NCBI GenBank assembly: GCA_963790305.1
Contig: CAWBOC010000003.1
Location: forward strand, 122,479-186,478
Direction of reading: 5' to 3'
Source: an uncultured Gemmatimonadaceae bacterium
GTDB lineage: Bacteria > Gemmatimonadota > Gemmatimonadetes > Gemmatimonadales > Gemmatimonadaceae
DNA: 64,000 nt
Position 1 is the first letter of the stretch. Each line of letters opens with the position of its first letter. Position numbers and translations under genes: made by a program. Below are positions 1 to 9,626 of the stretch, in pieces. The notes beneath the pieces are model-generated. The model had not been told where the DNA came from. It was given only the letters and a program-made list of their open reading frames with translations, and did not search any database.

Positions 1-57
1 GGTGAAGAAGCTCACCGCGGCCAGGGCGAGGACGTTTCGACCGAGCGCGGGCCTCAC
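1..57 (-). CDS. N-terminal fragment of an unidentified exported protein (partial, continues beyond window start)
   Basis: Minus-strand GTG at about 55-57 followed by signal-peptide-like VRPALGRNVLALAAVSFFT running off the window. Only 19 codons, so the product is not identifiable. Confidence 0.2.
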   Translation of the reverse strand, partial: MRPALGRNVLALAAVSFFT

Positions 58-71
58 ACGTCAAGGTGCGT

Positions 72-1659
72 TCACGCCAGCCCCATCCCCCACCGCGCCA
101 GGGGCGTCGGCAGCGCGCCGTACGACAGCAGCTCATCGTGGAAGGCGCGCAGGGAGAACATCGCGCCGCGCGCCTCGCGCGCGTCGTCGCGCAGGCGCAG
201 GATCTCACGACGGCCGACCGCGTAGCAGAGCTGATAGGTGGGAAACGCGCAGTAGCGAACGGCCTCCGCGCGTGCGGCGCCCTCCTCGAGGCCGAGCTCG
301 TCACGCAGGATCGCCGAGGCGGTGTCGACCGTCATGCCCTTCGTGTGCAGCGACACGTCGAGAATCACCCGCAGGGCGCGCCACAGCAGGTGGTGCACCT
401 GGAAGAAGCGGGCGGCGGGATCGCTGATGAAGCCCTGCTCGGCCATGAGGTTCTCGCAGTACAGCGCCCAGCCCTCCTGCGACGCCGGACTCGCCAGGAC
501 GCGTCGCACCGGCCGCGGCAGCGTACACGCCGTCACGATCTGGAGATGGTGGCCGGGAATACCCTCGTGCAGCGCCGTGCTGGGCAGCTCGGCGCGGCAG
601 TGCAGCCGCCATGGCTCGTTAGGCTGCGGCAGGGTGACGAAGAAGGTACCACGCGCATCGCCGTCGAAGGCGGCCGGTCCCTGGTAGGCGGCGAACGGGA
701 TGAGGGCGCGAAGGAAGTCGGGCGTCGGCGCGACGACGAGCTCTCCCTCGGGGACGGTGACCAGCCCACGCTCGGCGGTGAAGTCGAGCGCCGCCCGCAT
801 CGCGCTTCGATACTCGTCCACGGCCGTGTCACGGGTCGGCGTGTCCTCGCGCAGGACGCGCACGACGTCGCGCCACGGCGTATTCGGGACGAAGCTCGGC
901 CGCGAGACGCTCGAGCTCGGCAATCGCTTCGGCGCGCAATCGCTCGCCGAAGCGCAGGAGCTCGTCGGCGTTCTCACGGATCATGTGCGCGGTGTGGAGC
1001 TTGAGGTCGAACAGCTCACGCCCCAACCCGAAGTTCCCTTCCTCGGTCGGCTCCAGGAGCGCAAGCGCATCTCCAAAACGGTGAAGCGCATCCACCGCCG
1101 TGTCGCGCGCTTCGGCGAGCGCAATTGGATCGACGGGAAGATTGACCTTCCCGAGCCCATCGCGAAGCAGCGAGACCCCGCCCGCGATCATGGCTCGCGC
1201 CGTATCGAGAAACACGGTCAGCGGCTCGGTCAGCGCCGCGGCGGCCTCGTCGAGAAAACGCGGCATGGCCTGCACCCGCGCCAGGAGCGCCGCCCCGCGA
1301 CGCGCCGGATCGCCAGACTGCCGCGCGAGGAGCAGATGGATGCCGTTCAGTGCATAGAGGAGCGCATGCGTCGGATTGCGTGCGTGCGGCCTCTCGCGCT
1401 CGAGGATCAGCAGGTCATGACGCGCCGCGTGCAGCGTCGCGGTCCGGTCGATCTCGTCGTCGAGGGAGGCGGCCTCGACCTCCTCGAGACTCGCCGTGTA
1501 CGACCGCAGCGCAGCGGCGTACTCGCGCAGCGATGCGGGGTCGAAGCGCGGGAGCTCGGGGTCGAATTCCTGCCGGCCGACGTACGTGCCCTCGACCGGG
1601 TTGATACGCCAACGGAGATCGAGGTACCCCTCGAGAACGTCGGCGAGTGGCTCGCTCAC
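72..1659 (-). pseudogene. DUF885-family protein, one frame break as assembled
   Basis: ORFs 829..1659(-) and 72..977(-) are the N- and C-terminal parts of one DUF885-type protein (the C-part carries HEGIPGHH). They overlap in different frames at 829-977. Confidence 0.75.
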
Positions 1660-2906
1660 GCCCGCGCGGGCTGCCGTTTTTGTTCGCCGATCATCGCGTG
1701 CAGCTCGTCATCGCGGATCACGCGATTCATCCGCTTGGCCGCATCGAAGAGCAGTTGGCAGAGGGCATCGTCGGCGGGATCGTAGCCGTGCTCTTCGAGC
1801 CAGCACTTCACGTTCGAGAGCCCCGAGACGGGCGAGATCTCGATGCGCTGCGCAAGGCCGAAATCCCCGGCGGGCACTCCGGAGTAAATGCGATCAGCGA
1901 GCCAGGCGTGCCCTTTCTTTCGTGCCTTGATGATCGCGGCGGCGTGCACCCCAGTTCCGGTGCGAAAGGCGTCGTCGCCGAGCACGGGGTAGCTGGGCGG
2001 AATCGGGACGCCGCAAGCGCTCGACGCGAGATGCGAGTACTCGGGGAGCTTGCTGAGGTCGTGCCGGTGCGCGCCGAGCAGCTTGAGATTGATCAGCAGG
2101 AGATCCATCTCGGCATTGCCGACACGCTCGCCGATGCCTAACGCGGTCCCATGCACGCGGTCGACCCCCTCCTCGATCGCCGCCAGACAGTTGGCGAGCC
2201 CGAGTCCGCGGTCGCGGTGGCCGTGCCAGTCGAGCTTCACGTCCTCGCCGCTGGGGTCGATGATCTCATCGCGTACGAACCGGACGAGTCGACGCACGCC
2301 ATCGGGCGTCGCGTGCCCAACCGTATCGGCGAGACAGAGCCGCCGGGCGCCCCACCGAATCGCGTTGCCGTAGAGCGCCTTCAGCGTGTCGGGCGCGGCG
2401 CGCGTCGTATCCTCGGTGACGAACATGACCGGCAGCCCCTCACCCACGGCGAACGTCACCGCCTCCTCGCTCACGCGCAACATCTTCTCCAGCGTCCAGT
2501 CCTCGGCGTACTGGCGAATCGGCGAGGAGCCGATGAAGGTCGCCGCCTCGATGGGAATGCCGGCCTCCTGCGAGATGCGCGCAACCGGCTCGACGTCGGA
2601 GATGACCGTTCGGGCCGCACAGTTCGCCTCGAGGTCGAGGCCGGCGGCGGCGATCTCCTTGGCGAGCGCCAGCGTATCGGCGCGGGCGCGTGGTCCGGCG
2701 CCGGGGAGACCGATGTCAGCGGACGCGATCCCGAGGTCGACCATCAGGTGGAGCAGGCGCTTCTTGTCGTCGATGACCGGGTCGGTCACCGACGGGCATT
2801 GCAGCCCGTCTCGCAGCGTCTCGTCGTTGAGCTCGACGTGGCAAGCTCCCCAGTCGAACGGGGCGCCCTGCTGGTTCCAATCGTGGATCAGGTCCTGTTC
2901 GCGCAT
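1656..2906 (-). CDS. 2-isopropylmalate synthase / homocitrate synthase family protein (HMGL-like, short form)
   Basis: Intact 416-aa ORF with LNDETLRDGLQ, HGHRDRGLG and HGTALGIGERVGNAEMD motifs typical of LeuA/NifV-type enzymes. Confidence 0.8.
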   Translation of the reverse strand: MREQDLIHDWNQQGAPFDWGACHVELNDETLRDGLQCPSVTDPVIDDKKRLLHLMVDLGIASADIGLPGAGPRARADTLALAKEIAAAGLDLEANCAARTVISDVEPVARISQEAGIPIEAATFIGSSPIRQYAEDWTLEKMLRVSEEAVTFAVGEGLPVMFVTEDTTRAAPDTLKALYGNAIRWGARRLCLADTVGHATPDGVRRLVRFVRDEIIDPSGEDVKLDWHGHRDRGLGLANCLAAIEEGVDRVHGTALGIGERVGNAEMDLLLINLKLLGAHRHDLSKLPEYSHLASSACGVPIPPSYPVLGDDAFRTGTGVHAAAIIKARKKGHAWLADRIYSGVPAGDFGLAQRIEISPVSGLSNVKCWLEEHGYDPADDALCQLLFDAAKRMNRVIRDDELHAMIGEQKRQPARA

Positions 2907-2911
2907 GGAGA

Positions 2912-3039
2912 GAATCTAGAAGGCGGGCGCTAGAGGCGCTAAGGGCGCTAGAGGGCGCTAGAGGCGCTGCGTCAGGCTTGCAGCGCCCTAGCGCCCCTAG
3001 CGCCTCTAGCGCCTCTAGCGCCCCTAGCGCCTAGATTCA
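2912..3039. repeat. Long palindrome with arms of tandem 9-nt units (TAGAGGCGC family)
   Basis: GAATCTAGAAGG-(GCGCTAGAGG-like units x4)-GCTGCGTCAGGCTTGCAGC-(inverted units x5)-CCTAGATTC. It fills almost the whole 137-nt gap between divergent start codons at 2906 and 3044. Confidence 0.9.
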
Positions 3040-3043
3040 CTCC

Positions 3044-4233
3044 ATGCTCCGGCAGCTCTGGCACCACCCCGCCCTTCGGCAGGCGCGGCTACAGCTCGCG
3101 TCACGCGACCAGGACATCGTGCTCGAGCAGATCGCGGTGTCGGAAATCGCCGCGCCCACGGGCGAAGAAAATGAGCGGGCGCAGTGGGTGGCCCAGCGGT
3201 TCGAAGCGCTGAAGCTGAGCGACGTACGCATCGACCAAGCGGGCAATGTGATCGGACGACGGCGCGGGAGGACGGATGGCCCCGCGGTGCTCGTATGCGC
3301 ACATCTCGACACTGTCTTCCCGCGTCAGACGCGCGTCAGCGTGGCGCGACTCGGGAACCGCCTCGCTGGACCCGGCATCGGCGACAATGGGCGCGGCGTG
3401 GCGGCAATGCTGGCCCTCGCTACCGCGCTCGACGGCGCGACATTGGTCGACCGAGCGTCCCGTCGATTTCATTGGCACGACCGGTGAGGAAGGCGCCGGC
3501 GATCTCCGCGGCGCGAAGCACCTGTTCGCGCACGAGGGACGCGATGCGGCGGCGGCGGTCATCCTCGACGGCGCGGGGGACGAGCGCATCGTTCATCGTG
3601 CTCTCGCGTCTCGCCGCTACCGACTGACCTTCGAGGGACCGGGCGGGCACAGCTGGACGGCGTTCGGAGTGCCTAACGCCGTGCACGCCGCGGCGGTCGC
3701 GACGGCGCGGCTCGCGCGACTCGTCCTTCCGACGACGCCGCGCACGACGCTGTCGGTCGGACGCATCGGAGGCGGCATCTCCGTGAACTCCATCCCCGAC
3801 CGCGCGTGGCTCGAGGTGGACGCGCGGTCAGCGTCAGCCGGCGATGATCTCGCGCCTCGATCGCGACGTGCGTGAAGCCGCCGCAGCGGGCGCCATGGAG
3901 GAAAACGCGCGGCGGGCCGTGGGCGCGATACCGTTGACGTACACCGTGGAGGTAATCGGCGAGCGACCGGGTGGCGAAACGCCGGTCGATCACCCGCTCG
4001 TGCTCGCCGCCATGGAGGCGACGCGCCTCATCGGTCGGAACCCCGAGCTCGCGATCGCCTCGACCGACGCCAACATCCCGATCAGCCTCGGCATCCCCGC
4101 CGTAGCGATCGGTGCGGGCGGACGTGGCGGGGATGCGCACACGCCCGGGGAGTGGTTCGAGAACACCGAGGGCACTCTTGGGTTGAGTCGGGCGCTGGGT
4201 GTGGTGGTGAATGCGGCAGGGCTGGTCGTGTAG
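3044..4233 (+). pseudogene. M20-family metallopeptidase (peptidase T / deacetylase-like), two frame breaks as assembled
   Basis: ORFs 3044..3487, 3276..3875 and 3844..4233 (+) concatenate into one M20 protein (CAHLDTV, GIGDNGRG, TTGEEGAGDLRGA, GGGISVNSIPD, GGDAHTPGEW). Confidence 0.8.
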
Positions 4234-4237
4234 GGGC

Positions 4238-4350
4238 GCAAGAGCATAACCACAGAGGCACAGAGGACACAGAGGAAAACCCGCACTGCAAAGCGCTTTG
4301 CAGTGCGGGTCTTCCTCTGTGTCCTCTGTGCCTCTGTGGTTACGCTCTTT
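4238..4350. repeat. Long palindrome with arms of tandem 8-9-nt units (CACAGAGG family)
   Basis: AACCACAGAGGCACAGAGGACACAGAGGAAAACCCGCACTGCAAAGCGC / TTTGCAGTGCGGGTCTTCCTCTGTGTCCTCTGTGCCTCTGTGGTT. It lies between convergent gene ends and covers the stop codon of the minus-strand gene (4340-4342). Confidence 0.9.
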
Positions 4351-5336
4351 GGGCCCCGCGCACCTCGGAGTGATCCCCGACGGTGACCTCACCTTGCACA
4401 CCCTCGACGTGCACCTCGTCGCCGACCAGCGAATTCCGCAGCACGGAACGGATGATCTTCGACTTCTGTCCAACGAGTGTGTCGCTTGAGCTCCGAGTCC
4501 TCGACGACGGAGCCCGCGCCTAACGTGACATTGGGCCCGATCTTCGACCGTCGGAGCGTGACACCCTCCTCGATGTAGACGGGATCGACGATCGTACACC
4601 CGTCGGTCGCATCCGGACGCTGCGCCCTTCCCTTCTCCAGCATCGCGCGGTTCGTCTCGAGCAGCGTGTCGATCTTGCCGGCGTCGTACCAGCCCTCGAC
4701 GTCGATCACCCGGATCTTCGCGCCCTTGTCGATCATGTACTGGAACGCATCGGTGAGATAGTACTCGCCCTTGTTCTTGGGCTGCTTGAGCACCCACTCG
4801 ATGCCTTCGTAGAGCAGCTTCCAGTTCTTGATGTAGTACAGCCCGATGTTGGCGCGCTTCGAGATCGGCGTCGTCGGCTTCTCGACGATCTTCGTCATGT
4901 TGCCTTGCGTGTCGGTGACGACGACGCCGAAGCGCTGGTAGTCCTCGACCTCCTTCACCCAGATGATGCCGTCGGCGTCGGTCGTCTTGATGACCGAGAG
5001 GTCGGCGTCGAAGATCGTGTCGACGAAGATGATCGAGCACCGGCTGGTCGACGTGGCCGCGCGCGAGCGCGACGGCGCCGGCGGTGCCATCCTGCACCTT
5101 CTGCTCGATGAATACGGCGGGGAAGTCGAACTCCGCGCGCGACGTACTCCTCGACCTTCTCCTTGAGATGGCCGGTGATGTAGATGATCTGCTCGACGTT
5201 GCCGAGCTTCTCGAGATCGTCGAGGATGTACGCCATCACCGGCTTGCCGGCGACCTTGAGCATCGGCTTCGGCGTGATGTGCGTGTGCGGGCCGAAGGCG
5301 CGTGCCCTTCCCCGCCAGCGGAATGATCACTTTCAT
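4340..5336 (-). pseudogene. Sugar-phosphate nucleotidyltransferase (NTP_transferase domain plus left-handed beta-helix C-terminus), about three frame breaks as assembled
   Basis: MKVIIPLAGKGTRLRP (frame of ORF 4389..5735), MLKVAGKPVMAYILDDLEKLGNVEQIIYITGH (ORF 4955..5263), then IIFVDTIFDADL...YYLTDAFQYMIDKGAKIRVIDVEGWYDAGK...GPNVTLGAGSVVEDSEL. The C-terminal 45 codons are in a third frame and end at TAA 4340-4342. Confidence 0.75.
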
Positions 5337-5735
5337 GGCGCGCTCGTCCCCTCGCGTCCGTAGCGGTCCTGGAGTCGCACGACGTCGTCGAGCTCGGGCG
5401 TCGACGCCTCGAGGATGTCGCAGTCGGTGATCGCTTCCATGTAGTGCACGGTGCCGGGTGTGATGCGGAACGCGTCGCCCTCGCGCAAGCGAACATCCTC
5501 GAGCTCGTCGCCGGAGCTTGACCCAGTAGTTCATCTCGCCCTTGAGCAGGTAGACGGTTTCGTCCTTCTGGTTGTGATACTGCACCGAGAGCGCATGCCC
5601 GGCCTTGATGTGGAGCACCTTGCCGACGTAGCGGTCGGTGTGCGCCCAGATGATCTCGTAACCCCAAGGCTTCAAGACGCGCTTCACCGGGGATGTGCCG
5701 CTCAAATCTGAACTCCTCTTGGCGGGCGAGATCAA
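5333..5735 (-). pseudogene. Cupin-domain protein (mannose-6-phosphate isomerase type II C-terminal-like), one frame break as assembled
   Basis: The head of ORF 4389..5735 reads KPWGYEIIWAHTDRYVGKVLHIKAGHALSVQYHNQKDETVYLLKGEM. After a shift near 5510 it reads GDELEDVRLREGDAFRITPGTVHYMEAI...GREGTSAP, with a TGA overlapping the downstream ATG (ATGA). The true start may be the internal GTG near 5687. Confidence 0.65.
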
Positions 5736-5835
5736 CGTCCGCCGACGTCAGGATCAGACGTCAGGGTATTGCGCGATCGAAGTTTCTGACCACTGACCCC
5801 TGACGTCTGATCCCTGACGTCTGCGGACGTTGATC
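5730..5835. repeat. Long palindrome with periodic arms (GACGTCAGG/GATCAG units)
   Basis: GATCAACGTCCGCCGACGTCAGGATCAGACGTCAGGG ... CCCTGACGTCTGATCCCTGACGTCTGCGGACGTTGATC. It sits in the gap between divergent genes (cupin and UbiB-like). Confidence 0.85.
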
Positions 5836-5932
5836 TTCTGCTTCTGACGTCTGCAGTTGGCGCGGTGCTCGGGAATATCACGGGGCTCAGCATGCAGGCG
5901 CAACCGGAACGAAATATGCTTTCCCCGCCGTC

Positions 5933-7736
5933 ATGCTCCTGTCCCCCCGCTATCTACCGCGCCTCGCCGCGACGGTCGGCCTGTTCACGCGCTACGGCCT
6001 GAAAGACTTCGCCAAACGACAAGGGATCGAAGGGCTTGCGGCGGAGGAAGCCGAGGCAGCAGCCGTCGGGGAATGGTGACGGCGTCATCGAGCGTGCTCG
6101 CGCATTCCGCAAGCGCCTCGTCGAGCTCGGTCCGGCGTACATCAAGCTCGGACAGGTGCTGTCCACCCGCCCCGACCTTCTCCCCGAACCGTACATCCGG
6201 GAGCTCGAGCACCTTCAGGACGATGTCGATCCGCTCCCCTTTTCGGTGGTCGAGGAGACCGTCGAGAAGGAGCTCGGCGCCCGCATCAGCAAGCTGTTCG
6301 GTGAGTTCAACCCCGAGCCGCTGGGGAGCGCCAGCCTCGGTCAGGTGCACGAAGCAACGCTGCGAGACGGGCGGGCCGTCGTCGTCAAGTCGCAGCGTCC
6401 TGGCATTCGCGAGTCGCTCGCCGACGACATCGAGTTTTTCCGTGAGTTCGCGCGCTTCCTCGCCGATCACACGCGCGCTGGCCAGCGCATCGACCTCGTC
6501 GGCATCATTCAGCAGCTCGAGATGGCGCTTCTCGACGAGCTCGATTACCGGGTCGAGGCACGGAACGCGGCGGCATTTCGCCGGGAGCTCGCCGGGTATC
6601 CCGCGGCTGCTCATCCCGCGAGTCATCGAAGCGTACACCTCGGAGAAGGTGCTCACGATGGAGCGCATTCGTGGCATCAAGATCGACGACATTCCGAAGC
6701 TGTCGCGCGTCGAGCACGACTTCGGCGCGCTGGCCGAAGAGTTCGCCAAGGGCTACCTGAAGCAGATCACCATCGACGGCCACTTCCACGCCGACCCGCA
6801 TCCCGGGAACGTCTTCGTCGTAATGCCGGGCAGCGACAACCCGTGGACACCGGCCGAGGTGGTTGCCGGCGAACCGGCGCGCCGAGCCGCGTCCAGCTGT
6901 CACGCCGCTCTCGAAGATGGAGCAGGAGGCGCGTAAGGAGGCGAAGGACGAGGCGCCGGCAATCCCGTCACCCGACGAGCCGAAGCTCGCCATGATCGAC
7001 TTCGGCATGACCGCGCGCCTGTCGACGACGATGCGCGACCAGATCGTCCGGCTGCTGCTCGACATCGCCGAGAACAAGGGAGACGACGCCGCCGAGACGC
7101 TGATCGAGATCGGGCACGTGAGCGAGCGCTTCGACCGTCAGGAGTTCGTGCGCGGCAGTCGCATCGCTCGTCGGCCGGAACTACGATCTCGACATCGGCG
7201 AGATCGAGGCCGGCACGCTGCTGTACGAGATGCTCAACATCTCCTTCGCGCACGGCCTCATGCTGCCCGCCGAGCTCACGCTGCTCGCCAAGGCGCTGTT
7301 CAACCTCGACGCGGTCACGCGCTCGCTCGACCCCACGTTCTCGCCGATCTCGACGATCCGCGAGTTCTCGTCACGCATCGCGAACGAGCGGGCGAAGCGG
7401 GAGATGTCGCTCAGTCGAGTCTTTCAGGTCGCAACGCAGACGTCAGACTTGATCAGCGCGCTCCCCCATCGTCTCGACCTGCTGACGCAGAAGCTCGCGG
7501 CCAACGAGTTCGCCATCAAGCTGGAGTCCCCGCAGGTTCATCTCCTGCTGCGCGGGATGCAGAAGATCGCCAACCGCGTGTTCTCGGGCCTCGTCCTGGG
7601 CGGCGTCGTCGTCGCGAGCGCGATGCTGCTTCCCCATCGCAGAACTTTGGGGACCATGGGGTTCATCATCGCTGCCCTAATCGGGCTGTATATGGTCGTC
7701 GCGATCCTCGTGCAGGATCGAGCGGAGCGACGATAA
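5933..7736 (+). pseudogene. ABC1/UbiB-family atypical kinase with C-terminal TM segments, about four frame breaks as assembled
   Basis: Pieces lie in frames of ORFs 6036..6995 (LGPAYIKLGQVLSTRPDLLPEPYIRELEHLQDDV, GSASLGQVHEA), 5857..6936 (TMERIRGIKIDD, DGHFHADPHPGNVFV), 6863..8056 (MIDFGMTARL) and 7230..7736 (C-terminal TM part). The ATG at 5933 is in yet another frame. Confidence 0.8.
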
Positions 7737-7737
7737 T

Positions 7738-7797
7738 CGAATGCAGAATGCGGGATGCGGATACGTCATCCTTCCGCATTCCGAATTCCGCATTCGG
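7738..7797. repeat. Hairpin with heptamer-repeat arms (GAATGCG family)
   Basis: CGAATGCAGAATGCGGGATGCGGA-tacgtcatcc-TTCCGCATTCCGAATTCCGCATTCGG. It exactly fills the gap between convergent stops (7736 and 7798). Confidence 0.9.
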
Positions 7798-8340
7798 TCA
7801 GGTTCCCGCCATCATCTTCTGCCGCAGCCTCCGCAGCTTCCGCCTCACCGACCCGTCCATCACGGTGTCCCCAATGCGGATGATCGTGCCGCCGAGGATG
7901 CTCTCGTCGACGCTGAAATGCGGCACGACGGATTTGCCGAGGACTTTCGACAGCCGGTCGATCACGGTCTTCTCGAGCTTGGCGTTGGGCTCGCGCGAAA
8001 CCGTGACCTGCGCGTGCACGCGGCCCTCGATCTCATCCACCAGCGCGTGGTACTGAATCGCAATCTCGGGAATGAGCGCCTGACGGCGATGGCGAATCAC
8101 CGACTGCAGGAAGCGCACGAAGAGACGTGGCATCCGATCCTGGAACGCCTTGGCGATGACGTCGTTCTTCTGATCGACGGAGACGCGCGGGGACTCCAGG
8201 AAGAGACGCAGCCGATCGTCGCGCGTGATCGCGTCGGCGACGTCGGAGATCATCGTCCCCCACCCCGTCAGATCCTTGGCTTTGGTGGCCAGGGACAGCA
8301 GCGCTTCGCCGTAGCTGCGCGCGATCGTCGAGTCGCGCAT
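7798..8340 (-). CDS. atpH: F-type ATP synthase subunit delta (OSCP)
   Basis: Intact 180-aa ORF with an OSCP-like sequence (ARSYGEALLSLA...GGTIIRIGDTVMDGSVRRKL). It lies last in the atp F0 gene string. Confidence 0.9.
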   Translation of the reverse strand: MRDSTIARSYGEALLSLATKAKDLTGWGTMISDVADAITRDDRLRLFLESPRVSVDQKNDVIAKAFQDRMPRLFVRFLQSVIRHRRQALIPEIAIQYHALVDEIEGRVHAQVTVSREPNAKLEKTVIDRLSKVLGKSVVPHFSVDESILGGTIIRIGDTVMDGSVRRKLRRLRQKMMAGT

Positions 8341-8930
8341 CAGCGCTCCGACTTCTGAAGGTCGCCGAGGAACTGCTCGACGATCTTGCGGTTGGTCTCG
8401 TCGTCGAGGTTGCGCTCGATGACCTTGCTCGCGCCCCTGATCGCCAGATCCACAGCCTCACGACGCAGCTCCGCGATCGCGCGATCCCGCTCGGCGCCGA
8501 TCTCCTGGCGGGCGCGGTCGAGGATCTCCTGCTGCTGGTGGCGCGCTTCCTCGACCATCTCGGTGCGGATCTTCTCGCCCGCCTTCGCCCCCTCGGCGAT
8601 GAGCCGCTGGGCGTCGGCGCGGGCGGCGTCGATCTGACGGCGGTGCTCCTCGAGTAACTTCGCCGCTTCCTCACGGTCGCGCTTCGCCGACGCGATCGCC
8701 TCCTCGAGCGCTTTCTCGCGCGCCTCGACCGCGGCGAAGATCGCCGGGAAGGCGTACTTCCGCAGCAGCAGCCAGAGGGCGACGAAGATGAGCAGCGTCC
8801 AGAACATCAGCCCGGCGTGCGGGTCGAGCAGCCCGCGCGGCTTCTCCTGTGCCGCTTCCTGCGCAGCGGCGGGAAGCGCGGCGAACGTCAGCGTCAGGAT
8901 CGAGAACAACCGCAGCATGACAGTACCCAT
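8340..8930 (-). CDS. atpF: F-type ATP synthase subunit b
   Basis: Within ORF 8340..9209(-), from MGTVMLRLF: an N-terminal TM segment followed by a long charged helix (EAREKALEEAIASAKRDREEAAKLLEEHRRQ...). A 1-nt overlap with the atpH start is typical operon packing. Confidence 0.85.
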   Translation of the reverse strand: MGTVMLRLFSILTLTFAALPAAAQEAAQEKPRGLLDPHAGLMFWTLLIFVALWLLLRKYAFPAIFAAVEAREKALEEAIASAKRDREEAAKLLEEHRRQIDAARADAQRLIAEGAKAGEKIRTEMVEEARHQQQEILDRARQEIGAERDRAIAELRREAVDLAIRGASKVIERNLDDETNRKIVEQFLGDLQKSER

Positions 8931-8980
8931 GAGAGTAGGGAGAGCACCGGCGCGGCCCGGGCCGCGTCGGCGCCTGTGCC

Positions 8981-9268
8981 TTACGAGCCGAAAACGAACT
9001 TGCCCTGAATCAGGAATGCGACGACGATCGCGAAGAGCGTCGCGCCTTCGATGAGCGCCGCGAGAATCAGCGCGGCCGTCTGGATGCGACCGGCCATCTC
9101 GGGCTGACGCGCCATGCCCTCGGTGGCCGAGCCGCCAATGCGGCCGATACCGATGCCCGCGCCGATGACGGCGAGTCCCGCCCCGACGGCGGCGCCGAAC
9201 ATCGCCCACGCGCCGCTGTACTCGACCGAGTACGTGGTCGCGGCCTGCAACATTGCGAAGACTTGCAT
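8981..9268 (-). CDS. atpE: F-type ATP synthase subunit c
   Basis: Intact 95-aa ORF with the GAGIGIGRIGGSATEGMARQPE loop and a second TM helix containing Glu (ALIEGATLFAIVVAF). Confidence 0.92.
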   Translation of the reverse strand: MQVFAMLQAATTYSVEYSGAWAMFGAAVGAGLAVIGAGIGIGRIGGSATEGMARQPEMAGRIQTAALILAALIEGATLFAIVVAFLIQGKFVFGS

Positions 9269-9437
9269 CTCGTGCTCCGGGAAAACTCGTTATGTGTCAG
9301 CGCTCCGCGCCGATCCCACCAGCGCTGCCCGTCAGCGAGACCCGGGTCTCAACGGGCTTCCGCGACCGTTCGGCCGCGTACACGACGCGAGGGGTGGAGC
9401 GTGCGTCCCTCGTGCTGTTCATTCAAGCTCTACCCGC

Positions 9438-9615
9438 CAGGGGTTATGGAACCGCAGATGGCCGCAGAAGGCCGCAAATGGCCCCGGGCGTACGAACCTG
9501 ATTTTCGCGTAGGTGTAACCAAAGAACTTCGGGAACTTTACCTCGCATGGACCTGTCCCGGGCGCAGCGAAGCATTTGCGGCTTTCTGCGGCTATCTGCG
9601 GTTCCATAACCCTGG
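9438..9615. repeat. Large stem-loop with 10-nt periodic arms (GCCGCAGAAG-type units) inside the atp operon
   Basis: CCAGGGGTTATGGAACCGCAGATGGCCGCAGAAGGCCGCAAATG ... about 90 nt ... CATTTGCGGCTTTCTGCGGCTATCTGCGGTTCCATAACCCTGG. It lies between the atpB stop (9627) and the atpE start (9268). Confidence 0.85.
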
Positions 9616-9626
9616 CGAAACCCAAC

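Noticed and set aside
3673-5097. Long antisense or overlapping ORFs: 3673..5097(-) 474 aa, 18303..19418(-) 371 aa, 33099..34301(+) 400 aa, 57375..58856(+) 493 aa, 62013..63101(+) 362 aa, and many others in the track
   Set aside because: They are Arg/Pro/Gly-rich and low-complexity, have no recognisable motifs, and lie opposite or out of frame to genes with clear homology signatures. These are typical stop-poor shadow ORFs of GC-rich DNA.
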